This document shows positions 7,302 to 18,100 of a stretch of 64,000 bases of DNA, piece after piece. Position 1 is the stretch's first letter, and each line of letters opens with the position of its first letter. The position numbers and the translations under genes are program-made. The stretch is from an uncultured Clostridia bacterium (GTDB lineage Bacteria > Bacillota > Clostridia > Oscillospirales > Ruminococcaceae), in the NCBI GenBank assembly GCA_947625735.1, contig CANQPL010000006.1, forward strand, positions 38,844-102,843, given 5' to 3'. Under the pieces are notes generated by a model. It was not told the DNA's origin and did not search any database. It worked only from the letters and a program-made list of their open reading frames with translations.

Positions 7302-9212
7302 TCAGCTCAGTTCAAACATACCCGTATACAGCTGATAATACTTGCCCTTGTCGGCGATGAGTTTATCGTGGTCGCCTCTTTCGATTATTTTTCCAAGTTC
7401 AAGCACCATAATAGCGTTGGAATTTCTTACGGTGGAAAGTCTGTGAGCGATAACAAATACCGTTCTGCCCTCCATAAGACTGTCCATTCCCTTTTCGATA
7501 AGCGCTTCGGTACGGGTATCAATTGAGGAGGTAGCCTCGTCAAGTATGAGTACAGGAGGATCGGCTACTGCTGCTCTGGCAATTGCAAGGAGCTGTCTTT
7601 GTCCCTGTGACAGATTAGAGCCGTCAGAATAGAGCATAGTGTTGTATCCTTCGGGCAGCCTGCGTATAAAGCTGTCGGCATTGGCGAGCTTTGCAGCTGC
7701 AATAACGTCATCATCTGTCGCATCGAGCTTTCCGTAGCGTATATTGTCTGCAACAGTGCCTGTAAACAGATGCGTATCCTGAAGCACCATTGACAGGGAA
7801 CGCCTGAGATCGTCCTTTTTTATCTTGTTGATGTTGATGCCGTCATAGCGTATTTTTCCGTCAGGTACGTCATAGAAGCGGTTGATAAGATTTGTGATAG
7901 TGGTTTTGCCCGCACCCGTAGAGCCTACAAATGCTATTTTCTGACCGGGCTTTGCGTAAAGTGATATACCGTTGAGAACGGTTTTATTGGGTTCATAACC
8001 GAATGTCACATCGTCAAATTCCACTCGTCCCTCAACCTTGGTGTAGGTAATTGTACCCTCAGCCTTGTGGGGGTGTTTCCATGCCCATGCGCCCGTGCGC
8101 TTTTCGCTTTCGGTAATTGTGCCGTCAGGGGCAATATTGGCATTTACAAGGGTAACATATCCCTCATCTGTTTCGGAAGGCTCATCTATCATGCCGAATA
8201 TTCTTTCTGCGCCTGCAAGAGCGGAAAGCACAGCATTAAACTGCATGGATACCTGCGAAATGGGCATTGTAAAGCTCCTTGTGTACATAAGGAACGCTAC
8301 AACTGTGCCTATCTGTATAGGACCTGCAAAGCCCGATGCTCCCTGTATTGCCAGCAGTCCTCCGATCACCGCAGTAATGGCGTACTGGATATGACCTAAG
8401 TTATTGTTTACAGGACCTAAGATATTTGCAAAGGTATTTGCATTTGTGGCAGCCTTGCGGAGATTTTCGTTAAGCTCGTCAAATTCCGCTTTGGAGATGC
8501 CCTCATGAACAAAGACTTTTACAACCTTCTGACCGTCGATCATTTCCTCAATGTAGCCGTTTACCGCACCCAGAGCCTTCTGCTGCTCCTTAAAGTATTT
8601 TCCGCTGCGGCTGCCGATAAATCCCGTCACAAAGACAACTATCACAAACATTACAAGTGTGAGCAGTGTAAGCTGCCAGCTGTAGTATATCATCATGGCA
8701 AGCACGCCGATAACCGTTACAAGTGATGAGATAAAGCTGGAAATGGAGTTTGAAAGCATTTCTCTGATAGTGTCGATATCGTTTGTAAAGCGGCTCATCA
8801 GATCTCCGTGAGTATGTGTATCGAAATATCTGATAGGCAGTGTTTCCATATGCGTGAAAAGATCAGTTCTGATCTTAAGCAGCGTTTTGGTTGAAATGCT
8901 GAGCATTATCCTTGCAAATCCGAATGTACAAAGCGCTCCCGCACCGTATATGGAAAGCATCTGTAAAAGAGTTTTTATAAATCCGCTGCGCAGAGCAGGA
9001 TCCTCGCCGTTTTCCGCAAGAGGTGTGATGTAATTGTCAATGAGCCTTTGCAGGAATGAATTTCCGATAATTCCCGCAAGGGAGCTGCATATGATGAATA
9101 TTACCACAAGAACAAGCAGCGGAGCATATTTTGACATATAGCTGAACACTCTTTTGAGAGTGGCAGCTGCGTTTTTTGGCTTTGAAACAGCCATAGGTCT
9201 GCGTGGAGGCAT
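7302..9212 (-). CDS. ABC exporter permease/ATPase, subunit B of heterodimer
   Basis: TMD plus NBD with GSTGAGKTT, LSQGQ, ILDEATS, IAHRL. Confidence 0.9.
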   Translation of the reverse strand: MPPRRPMAVSKPKNAAATLKRVFSYMSKYAPLLVLVVIFIICSSLAGIIGNSFLQRLIDNYITPLAENGEDPALRSGFIKTLLQMLSIYGAGALCTFGFARIMLSISTKTLLKIRTDLFTHMETLPIRYFDTHTHGDLMSRFTNDIDTIREMLSNSISSFISSLVTVIGVLAMMIYYSWQLTLLTLVMFVIVVFVTGFIGSRSGKYFKEQQKALGAVNGYIEEMIDGQKVVKVFVHEGISKAEFDELNENLRKAATNANTFANILGPVNNNLGHIQYAITAVIGGLLAIQGASGFAGPIQIGTVVAFLMYTRSFTMPISQVSMQFNAVLSALAGAERIFGMIDEPSETDEGYVTLVNANIAPDGTITESEKRTGAWAWKHPHKAEGTITYTKVEGRVEFDDVTFGYEPNKTVLNGISLYAKPGQKIAFVGSTGAGKTTITNLINRFYDVPDGKIRYDGININKIKKDDLRRSLSMVLQDTHLFTGTVADNIRYGKLDATDDDVIAAAKLANADSFIRRLPEGYNTMLYSDGSNLSQGQRQLLAIARAAVADPPVLILDEATSSIDTRTEALIEKGMDSLMEGRTVFVIAHRLSTVRNSNAIMVLELGKIIERGDHDKLIADKGKYYQLYTGMFELS

Positions 9213-10942
9213 TATTCTTCAGCTCCTTTCTGCTGTGAGGTGTATACCTCACGGTAAATTTTATTGAATTTCATCAGATTATCGGGAGTGTCAAATGCAT
9301 CTACCCGTCCGTCGTCCATAACTATTACCCTGTCCGCATCGGCTACAGAGGAAATTCTCTGTGCGATAATAATTGCAGTGGTGTTTTTAAGCTCTGTTCT
9401 GAACGCATGGCGTATCTTTGAATCGGTAGCGGTATCCACTGCGCTGGTTGAATCGTCAAGAATAATTATTTTCGGCTTTTTAAGCAGCGCCCTTGCGATA
9501 CATAGTCTTTGCTTCTGACCGCCCGAAACGTTGACGCCTCCCTGCCCCAGATCGGTATCGTAGCCGTCAGGAAAGCTCATGACAAAATCGTGAGCCTGCG
9601 CCTGCTTACAGGCTTCGATTATTTCCTCATCGGTGGCGTTTTCATTGCCCCAGCGCAGATTATCTCTTATTGTACCCGAGAAAAGCACATTTTTCTGGAG
9701 TACCATTGCAACGTCATTTCTGAGATTATCAAGCTTATAGTCCCGCACATCTCTGCCGCCTACCTTTACAACGCCCTCTGTGGAATCGTAAAGACGGGGG
9801 ATAAGCTGTACAAGTGAGCTTTTTGCAGAGCCTGTTCCGCCGATAATACCGATAGTTTCGCCCGATCTTATCTTAATGTCAATACCCGAAAGAGTAGGTC
9901 TTTCGGCGTCCTTTGAATAGGAGAAGGATACATTTTCAAACTCAATGCTGCCGTCTGCGGGAAGAAGAGCGGGGTCTGCTTCGTCGTCACGGATATCGGG
10001 CAACTCGTCTAATACCTCAACTATTCGCTTCATTGACGCCATTGAGATAGTAGTCATTACAAAGATCATGGAAAGCATCATCAGGGACATGAGTATCTGG
10101 CTTATGTAGCTTATAAAGCTTGAAAGCTGACCTATGAGCATATTCCCACCGATAACCATATTTCCACCGAAATAAAGCACTGCCACGATACAGCAGTACA
10201 TGGTTATCTGCATAAGGGGCTGATTTAAAATAACTATCTTTTCGGCTCTGAGCTGTGCGCTGCGCACATCATCTGCGGAGGCTACAAACTTTTCGCCCTC
10301 AAATTTTTCTCTTACAAACGCCTTTACAACTCTTATGCCGATAAGATTTTCCTGTACTATCCTGTTAAGGGCATCATACTTTTCAAGCATTTTGCCGAAC
10401 AGCGGATATGCCTTGCTTACTATCAGCGTTATGCCGATACCGAGAACGGGTATCGCCACAAGGAATACCATAGCAAGCTCCTTGTTTATGTTTATTGCCA
10501 TGATAAGTGCGGAGATAAGCATAAAAGGCGACCGTACAGCCGTTCTTATTATCATCATAAAGGTATTCTGTACGTTGGTTACATCTGTAGTAAGTCTTGT
10601 TACCAGTGAAGCGGTGGAGAATTTATCCACATTTGCAAAGGAAAAATCCTGAACCTTGCCAAACAGGGCGCGTCTGAGATTTTTTGAAAATCCCATAGCT
10701 GCACGGGAGGCGAACATTCCTCCGAGAGTACCGCAGAGAAGCGAAAAAAGAGCCATTCCTATCATGATGACGCCCATCTGTATCGTATAGGCATTGTCGC
10801 CCATTTTGATGCCGTCATCTACTATTTTTGCCATAACAAAGGGAATGGCTACCTCCATAAGCACCTCTCCTATCATGACAAGAGGTGTAAGAAATACGAA
10901 TATTTTATATTCGCCTACGTGTGATAGCAGTTTTTTCAGCAT
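9212..10942 (-). CDS. ABC exporter permease/ATPase, subunit A (degenerate site)
   Basis: GGTGSAKSS, VSGGQ, ILDDS, IAQR: non-canonical Walker B and switch as in TM287-type heterodimers. Confidence 0.9.
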   Translation of the reverse strand: MLKKLLSHVGEYKIFVFLTPLVMIGEVLMEVAIPFVMAKIVDDGIKMGDNAYTIQMGVIMIGMALFSLLCGTLGGMFASRAAMGFSKNLRRALFGKVQDFSFANVDKFSTASLVTRLTTDVTNVQNTFMMIIRTAVRSPFMLISALIMAININKELAMVFLVAIPVLGIGITLIVSKAYPLFGKMLEKYDALNRIVQENLIGIRVVKAFVREKFEGEKFVASADDVRSAQLRAEKIVILNQPLMQITMYCCIVAVLYFGGNMVIGGNMLIGQLSSFISYISQILMSLMMLSMIFVMTTISMASMKRIVEVLDELPDIRDDEADPALLPADGSIEFENVSFSYSKDAERPTLSGIDIKIRSGETIGIIGGTGSAKSSLVQLIPRLYDSTEGVVKVGGRDVRDYKLDNLRNDVAMVLQKNVLFSGTIRDNLRWGNENATDEEIIEACKQAQAHDFVMSFPDGYDTDLGQGGVNVSGGQKQRLCIARALLKKPKIIILDDSTSAVDTATDSKIRHAFRTELKNTTAIIIAQRISSVADADRVIVMDDGRVDAFDTPDNLMKFNKIYREVYTSQQKGAEE

Positions 10943-11421
10943 CGGCTGTCACTCTCCTTTTCATTGATAATATTTTCCGCAGCACGTTTTAAAAAACCGA
11001 GAAAAAGCTGCTGTTCCTCCTCGGACATACCCCTTGTGATCTCTCTTTCCATAAGCTCAATATTTTCACTCATGACCATATCAATGCTTTTTCCCTTTTC
11101 GGTGCGGGTCACTATCTTTATACGCCCGTCCTCGGGGTCTGAGGATCTTGTAATGTATCCGCTTTTTTCAAGATTGGCAAGGATACTTGAAACTGTGGAG
11201 CGTTTAACTCCGAATTCCCTTTCAATATCTCTCTGATAAATACATTCGCCGTCATTCTCCCTTCGTTTCAGATAGCCTAACAGTCTGCATTGTTCGCCCG
11301 TGAGAAAAACGCCGTTTGCCGCAAGCCTTGCATTGAGGGTATAGCGGATTATACCCGACAGACGGTTTATCGCACGTCCGAAATGACTGCATTCGTCCAT
11401 GCTTTTTTCATCGTTTTCCAT
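10936..11421 (-). CDS. MarR family regulator
   Basis: YQRDIEREFGVKRSTVSSILANLEKSGYITR..DPEDGR; first gene of the ABC operon. Confidence 0.9.
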   Translation of the reverse strand: MENDEKSMDECSHFGRAINRLSGIIRYTLNARLAANGVFLTGEQCRLLGYLKRRENDGECIYQRDIEREFGVKRSTVSSILANLEKSGYITRSSDPEDGRIKIVTRTEKGKSIDMVMSENIELMEREITRGMSEEEQQLFLGFLKRAAENIINEKESDSRC

Positions 11422-11444
11422 AATACTGCCCCTTAAAAATTTTC

Positions 11445-11506
11445 GTTAGACCTCTATCGGTTAGAAGTCTAACAATTATTATATAACAGTTGCCTATAAA
11501 ATTCAA
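11445..11506 (-). promoter_or_regulatory. marR promoter and tandem MarR-like operators
   Basis: TTGAAT(11506-01)-17-TATAAT(11483-78); palindromes GTTAGA-AG-TCTAAC (11460-73) and GTTAGA-CC-TCTATC (11445-58) just downstream. Confidence 0.65.
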
Positions 11507-11622
11507 CAGTATTTTATGAACATTGCATATATAAACATATATTTTTTTTACTGGACAAAATCGGAAAAATATGTTATACTGTAAATGTATAAAATAAAAT
11601 AATCCGAACGGAGGTTATTACA

Positions 11623-12783
11623 ATGAAGGATATTTTTGTAACAGACAGCGTAAAGTATATCGGAACATATGACAGGTCAATTGATCTTTTCGAGGGACAG
11701 TATCCTGTGCCAAACGGTATTTCCTATAATTCCTATGTGATAATTGATGAAAAGACAGCCGTAATGGATACCGCAGATAAAAGATGCTCTGATGAATGGC
11801 TTGCAAATCTGGAGTCGGTGCTTTCCGGCAGGAAGCCTGATTATATGGTGGTAAACCATGTTGAACCCGACCATGCAGGCTCTTTCGGACTTTTTATCGA
11901 GAAATACCCCGATACGGCAGTTGTGGGCAATGCCAAGACATTTACCATGCTTGAAAACTTTTTTGAAAAGCTGCCCGAATTTAAAAGAGTTGTGGTCAAG
12001 GAGGGTGACACGCTTTCACTGGGGAATCACACCTTGAAATTCATAACTGCCCCCATGGTACACTGGCCCGAGGTAATGGTGACCTATGAGGAGAGCGAGG
12101 GGATACTGTTTTCGGCAGACGGATTCGGACGGTTCGGCGCTCCCGACAGCGATGAGGACTGGGACTGCGAGGCACGCAGATACTACTTTAATATAGTGGG
12201 TAAGTACGGAATGCAGGTTCAGTCACTGCTCAGAAAGGCGTCAGCATTGGATATAAAAATAATCTGTCCTCTCCATGGTCCCGTATTAAAGGAGGAGCTT
12301 TCACATTATACAGGAAAATATGCTCTCTGGAGCAGCTATGCCCCCGAGGATAAGGGAGTGTTCATAGCTTACGCTTCCATTCACGGCAACACCGCAAAGG
12401 CGGCAGAAAAGCTGGCTGAGCTTATCCGTGCAAGAGGTGAAAAGGCAGTTGTCACCGACCTTGCCCGCTGTGATATGTCCGAAGCCGTAGAAGATGCGTT
12501 CCGCTATGACAGGATAGTTTTCTGCGCCTCCTCCTATGACGGCGGTGTGTTTCTGCCTATGGAAAATTTCCTTGTAAAGCTAAGCTCAAAGACATTCCGC
12601 AGCAGGACAGCGGGAATTGTGGAAAACGGCTCGTGGGGTCCTACCGCCGCACGGACTATCAAGGAATATCTGGGAAACATGAAGGATATTACCGTTGCAG
12701 AGCCTACGGTTACCATTAGATCGGCATTGAAGGAAACGGACATTCCCGCTCTTGAAGCACTTGCCGATGCCCTTTGCAGTTAA
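11623..12783 (+). CDS. fprA: FprA-family A-type flavoprotein (flavodiiron: metallo-beta-lactamase plus flavodoxin)
   Basis: NHVEPDH, VHWPE, SADGFG, PLHG, C-terminal flavodoxin fold; promoter TGGACA-17-TATACT at 11552-11580. Confidence 0.85.
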   Translation: MKDIFVTDSVKYIGTYDRSIDLFEGQYPVPNGISYNSYVIIDEKTAVMDTADKRCSDEWLANLESVLSGRKPDYMVVNHVEPDHAGSFGLFIEKYPDTAVVGNAKTFTMLENFFEKLPEFKRVVVKEGDTLSLGNHTLKFITAPMVHWPEVMVTYEESEGILFSADGFGRFGAPDSDEDWDCEARRYYFNIVGKYGMQVQSLLRKASALDIKIICPLHGPVLKEELSHYTGKYALWSSYAPEDKGVFIAYASIHGNTAKAAEKLAELIRARGEKAVVTDLARCDMSEAVEDAFRYDRIVFCASSYDGGVFLPMENFLVKLSSKTFRSRTAGIVENGSWGPTAARTIKEYLGNMKDITVAEPTVTIRSALKETDIPALEALADALCS

Positions 12784-12786
12784 GAT

Positions 12787-15102
12787 ATGGATTCAAAAAA
12801 ATTTCTTGATACACTGGACGGTTATCTTCATGAATGCCGTCTGGAGGAGGCGGAGGAGTATCTGCTGACCTCTCTTGATGCGGCAAAAAAAGAGGGCGAC
12901 AGCTCCCTTGCCCTGACGGTGTTTAATGAGCTTATCGGTTTTCTGCGGGACTGCGGGAAAACAGATGACATGATGAGGTACTGTTATCAGATGCTGGCTG
13001 CTGCCCGTGAATACGGAATATGTGACGATCCTGCCTATGCATCTCAGTACGGTGCAGCCCTGCTTAATGCAGCAAATGCCGCAAGGGCGGCGGGGCTTAA
13101 TAAAGAAGCATTTGAGTATTATAATAAAGCCTATGATACTCTGTCGCTGCTTGATGATGACCATGACCCCTTGTTTGCGGGGTATTACAATAATCTCAGT
13201 CTGCTTTATCAGGAAACGGGGGACTGGGAAAATGCGGCAAAATGTCTGGAAAAGGCTCTTGAAATTGCACAGACTTTTACTGACGGTGAGGTGCAGATCG
13301 CTATTTCCTCGGCAAATCTGGCGGCTACTTATATACGTCTTGACAGGATAGATAAAGCCCATATCCTCCTTGACAGGGCTGACAGGATACTGTGCGGAAG
13401 AAGTCCCTCGGATTTCCATTACAGCGCAGTTCTTGCGGGAAAAGGCGATGCGGCATTTAAAGAGGGGGATTATATTGCTGCGGCAAAGGAATATGAGGCT
13501 GCTCTTTCGGAAATAGAGCTCCATATGGGGAAAAATAATTTCTATGAGATAGTAAGCGAAAATCTGAAAAAGGCATATGATGCAGCAGGCGGCAGACCGC
13601 ATCTGAGCGGAAAAGAGCTTTGCAGACGATACTATGAGCAGTTCGGAATCCCCATGATACAAAGGAATTTTACGGAATATGTCGACAGGATATCCGCAGG
13701 TCTTATGGGAGAGGGTTCCGAGTGTTTAGGGTATGACGATGAAATATCCCGTGATCATGACTTCGGTGCGGGGTTCTGTCTGTGGCTTGACGATGATGTT
13801 TATGATAAGATCGGTGCGGAGCTTCAGCGGGCATATGATCTGCTTCCCAAAAGCTATATGGGCATAAACCGTATCACCACTCCCCGGGGTATGGGACGTA
13901 CAGGAGTTCAAAGGATATCGGATTTTCTTAAAAGGATAATCGGTATACCTTATGTTCCCGTCACCGATGAGGAATGGCTGTTTGCAGAGGAATCTGCACT
14001 GCGGACGGCTGTGAGCGGGGAAATTTTTTCCGATGGCGGCGGCAGTTTTTCAGCGGTTCAAAAGGCACTTTCTCACTATCCCGTATCTGTAAGGCTCAGG
14101 CGGATCGCACAGCAGACGGCTCTTATGGCTCAGACAGGTCAGTATAATTATCCGAGAGCCGTAAAGCGTGGACGGTATACCGAAGCAGTGCTTATACTTT
14201 CACGTTTCGCAGAATCCGCAATGAATGCTTTTCATCTGCTAAAGGGAGTATATGCGCCCTATTACAAGTGGCTGCCCGAAAGCACACGAAGGCTTTCAGG
14301 CGGCGGGGAGTTTATGGAGCTTATTGATACGCTGCTTTGTACAGATGTAAAAGATGCCGATAAAATAAACGCTTTGACAGAAAAGATCTGTCTTGTGATA
14401 CGCACATTTTTAAAAGAGCAGAATATTTCCGTAACGGAGGAGGATTATATGGAGGCTCATGCAGAAAATGCCGCAAACAAGGCGGCGCAGGCGGAGGAAA
14501 AAACACCCTTTATTGAGGAAATTATCCGCATGGAATGGGAGATGTTCGACAAGGTACAGAATGAGGGCGGCAGAGCCGATTGTCAGGACGATTTTGAAAC
14601 ATTTTCCATTATGCGGAAAAGTCAGTATCTTGCATGGGATACGGATATGGTAAAGCGCTGGCATGAGGAGCTGATGAGTGCGGCTGATAATGGGCGGAAT
14701 CTTATAATGGAAAAGTATGCCCGCATGATGGCAAGCACCGCTCCCGAAAAATACGCCCAAATGAAAGATAAGCTCCCGCCGCTGAGTGAGGAAACAGCAC
14801 AGATAAGAGAAGCGGTAATCGGTATACAAGTCGGCATGATGGAGGAATTTGCGCAGGAATATCCTAAACTCGCATCAAGAGCAAGGGCGATCCATACAAG
14901 CGAGGACACTCTTTATATAACATCCTACGAAACATATCTCAGAGGAGAGCTTATGACCTATTCCGATGAGCTTTTGTATATGTACGGAAGATTTGTGGCT
15001 TCTCTTGCGGGAGAGGGCAGAAACCTTGCAAGGCTTATAATGTTAAATACCGTGTATTTTTACGGATATACCTCTCTTGAAGATGCGGAAAAAAACGCTT
15101 GA
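12787..15102 (+). CDS. TPR + DUF4037 + DUF4125 fusion protein
   Basis: N-terminal TPRs; GEGSECLGYDDEISRDHDFG (DUF4037); EWEMFDKVQNEGGRADCQDD (DUF4125). Confidence 0.8.
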   Translation: MDSKKFLDTLDGYLHECRLEEAEEYLLTSLDAAKKEGDSSLALTVFNELIGFLRDCGKTDDMMRYCYQMLAAAREYGICDDPAYASQYGAALLNAANAARAAGLNKEAFEYYNKAYDTLSLLDDDHDPLFAGYYNNLSLLYQETGDWENAAKCLEKALEIAQTFTDGEVQIAISSANLAATYIRLDRIDKAHILLDRADRILCGRSPSDFHYSAVLAGKGDAAFKEGDYIAAAKEYEAALSEIELHMGKNNFYEIVSENLKKAYDAAGGRPHLSGKELCRRYYEQFGIPMIQRNFTEYVDRISAGLMGEGSECLGYDDEISRDHDFGAGFCLWLDDDVYDKIGAELQRAYDLLPKSYMGINRITTPRGMGRTGVQRISDFLKRIIGIPYVPVTDEEWLFAEESALRTAVSGEIFSDGGGSFSAVQKALSHYPVSVRLRRIAQQTALMAQTGQYNYPRAVKRGRYTEAVLILSRFAESAMNAFHLLKGVYAPYYKWLPESTRRLSGGGEFMELIDTLLCTDVKDADKINALTEKICLVIRTFLKEQNISVTEEDYMEAHAENAANKAAQAEEKTPFIEEIIRMEWEMFDKVQNEGGRADCQDDFETFSIMRKSQYLAWDTDMVKRWHEELMSAADNGRNLIMEKYARMMASTAPEKYAQMKDKLPPLSEETAQIREAVIGIQVGMMEEFAQEYPKLASRARAIHTSEDTLYITSYETYLRGELMTYSDELLYMYGRFVASLAGEGRNLARLIMLNTVYFYGYTSLEDAEKNA

Positions 15103-15118
15103 AAAAAAGGTAAAAAAA

Positions 15119-15145
15119 TGCCGTTCGGATAAGCTCCGAACGGCA
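15119..15145. terminator. Bidirectional terminator
   Basis: TGCCGTTCGGA-TAAGC-TCCGAACGGCA between convergent genes with A and T flanks. Confidence 0.75.
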
Positions 15146-15159
15146 CAATTTTTATGTCC

Positions 15160-18100
15160 TTACAGCTTGCTTATTTCCAGATCGTCCTCAGAGAGCTTTG
15201 TAAGATCCTTTTTGTTCATCAGATCATAAAGACAGGGGATAACGAACAGCGTAAGCAGGGTAGCATAAATAAGACCGCTGATGCAGACAATTGCAATAGG
15301 CTGCATCATTTCGGCACCGCTTTCTCTGCCCAGTGCCATAACGATTAGTCCGAGTATAGTTGTGATTGATGTCATGAAAATAGGTCTCATTCTTGCAGCG
15401 CCCGCTTCGGCAATGGCTTTTCTTCGTTCCATACCTTCAAGGCGTAGCTGATTGATAAAGTCTACAAGCACTATACCGTTATTTACGATGATACCGCAGA
15501 GCATTACAAATCCCAGCATGGAGATAACGCTTACCTCAAAGCCTGTGATAAGAAGTCCCAGCATACCGCCCGTAAATGCCAGAGGAATGGTGAACATAAC
15601 AATAAAGGGAGATTTGAGCGACTTAAACTGTGCTACCATTATCATGTAGACAAGCATGATACCGAGGAGCATCATATTGATGAGATCCTGCATTGCATCT
15701 CTTATTGATGTATTTTCACCTGTTACCTCTATTTCGGTGCCTGCGGGGAGGGTGTAGCCGTCAAGGGCAGCCTCTACATCATCGGCAACGAGGGAGATGT
15801 TGTAGCCGTCTGCAAGCTCGGCAGTAACGGTAAGATAACGTCTCTGATTGCTTCTTGAAATGCTTGACAGAGCGTTTGTATCTTCTATCTCGGCAATATC
15901 GCTGAGTTTTACCTCTTCTGTTTCACCGTCTGTACCTGTTACCTCAATGGTGTAATTCCTTATATCCTCGGGGGAAAGGGAATCGGTGTCCTTGTTGGAA
16001 ATATACACCTCATATGTGGAGGTATCCATAATAACATCAATAGCTTTCTGCTCATTAGATGCAGCGTCTGACAGCTCCATAAATATCTGTGCCGTGGTAA
16101 GACCCTTTAGCATAGCCTTTTCCTTGTCAACAGTGATTTTAAGAGCGGGATCTGTTTGTTCAAGACCGTTTTCAATATTGCCGATACCCTCTACACCTGC
16201 AATGATATCGGATATTTCCTGAGCTGTCTGCCTGAGAACGTCAAGATCTTCATTATAGATGTTTACGGTAATGCCCGAGCCGCCCATAAGTGCAGATATA
16301 TCCATTGAATTTGTTACCTCAAATTCACCGTTCAGATCTGCACAAAGACCGTTTATCTCATCGGATATTTCCTTTGAGGAGCGTGTTTTGTTTTCATCAA
16401 GCATTATGTAGAATGTAACGGAATTGTCGCCGCCTGAGCCTAAAAGGGACATACCCGAACTCATCATTACACCTGTCATTTCGACCTCGCTTACTGTATG
16501 TATGCGGGAAATGGCTTCATCTGCTGTAGCAATAGTATCCTCATAGGAGGTGCCGATAGGAGTTTCAAGTGTCGCCATAAGCTGGGGCATATCCATTTCG
16601 GGCATGAATGTAAACCCTCTTGAAAGCTCCAGATAAATGCTGCCTACAAGAAGCACCAGTGAAACGGCAAATACAACTGCCTTATGTGAAAGACACCATG
16701 TGACTGCCGTTTTGTACTTGCCCGATATGCCGCCCTCTTTTTGTTCTGCGGATTTCGGGACTTTTTTCAGGATCTTCGAGGAAATGGCAGGAACGAAGGT
16801 CAGTGCGATTATAAGGCTTGCTACCAGTGCATAGCCTAATGTGAGAGCCATATCAACGAAAAGCGTTCTTGTAAGACCCTCAACGAAAACTATAGGCAGG
16901 AATACGCATATAGTGGTAAGCGTTGAAGCGGTGATAGCACCTGCAACCTGTGCCGCTCCCGAAAGTGCCGCCTTGACTGTGGATTCGCCGCGGCTTTTGA
17001 GTCTGTATGTATTTTCGATAACAACGATAGAGTTATCAACAAGCATACCTACTGCGATCGCAAGACCCGAAAGGGACATCATATTAAGGGTTATTCCCGA
17101 AAAATACATAAGGCATACCGCAAAAAGCACGCTGACGGGAATTGAGCAGAGTGTAATAAATGTGGGACGAATATCTCTCAGGAAAATAAACAGCACGATA
17201 ACTGCAAATACTGCCCCCCACAAAAGGCTTGAAGTAATGGAATTTACCACCAGATGAATATAATCACCCTGATCCATAAGTGTGATAAATTCAATGCCCG
17301 GATATTCCTCTGTTAATTCCTCAAATTCACGGGCGATATTGTCTGATACCTCTGCTGTAGCGTAGGAGGACTGCTTTGAGAATGTAAGCATAATGCCGTC
17401 CTCACCGTTCATCTTTGCGTAAATATCTGCGCTGTTATCCGTTATAAGCACGTCTGCTACATCGTCAAGCTTAATGGGGTCAAGACCGTCCATTTTAAGG
17501 TCGGCAAGTACAAGGGAGCTTATCTGCTCTGTATTTGTTATTTCATCGCCAACGCTCATCATAATGGACTTTTCGCCCTCATAGACATAGCCTGCGGGCA
17601 TTGAAAAGCTCTGAGCGGTAAGTATTCCCGAGATAGTATCCATGGAAAGCAGGGGAGAGAGGTCAACTGCCTTATGCGCCTCCTCCTTGGCGGAATCAAG
17701 CTCTTCCTGACCTTTTTCAAGCTCACTGCGGGCATTTTCAAGCTCCTTGATACCCTCGCTCACCTGTACATATTCGGGAGATGATGTGACCTGAGCCTTC
17801 ATGGCATCTTTCATCTCATCGGTAAGTCCGGGAGTGGCGTCAATATCGGCAATAGCCTTATCAAAGGCAGCCATTGCCTCATCAAGCTGAGCCTGTGACT
17901 CATCAAGCTGTGCCTTGCCGTCGTCAAGCTCCTTCTGCGGGTCAATAAAATTCTTGTCTACCGATTCATATATCTTGTCATAGAGAGCATTTATCTTATC
18001 CTCAGAAAGAAGTACGCTTATCTGCTCAGTGACATTTCCCACGGTAGTAATGCTTGCTACGCCGTCAATGCCTTCCAGACGGCTGAGTATCTTTTCATCA

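Noticed and set aside
4633-11421. Metal/drug resistance island (copA, ABC exporter)
   Set aside because: Host-like composition and codon usage, no mobility genes; ordinary chromosomal genes.
12793-13662. Long antisense ORFs (also 6031-6780, 40895-41605, 43892-44566, 57341-57964, 63268-63873)
   Set aside because: Shadow ORFs opposite well-supported genes, with no motifs or RBS.
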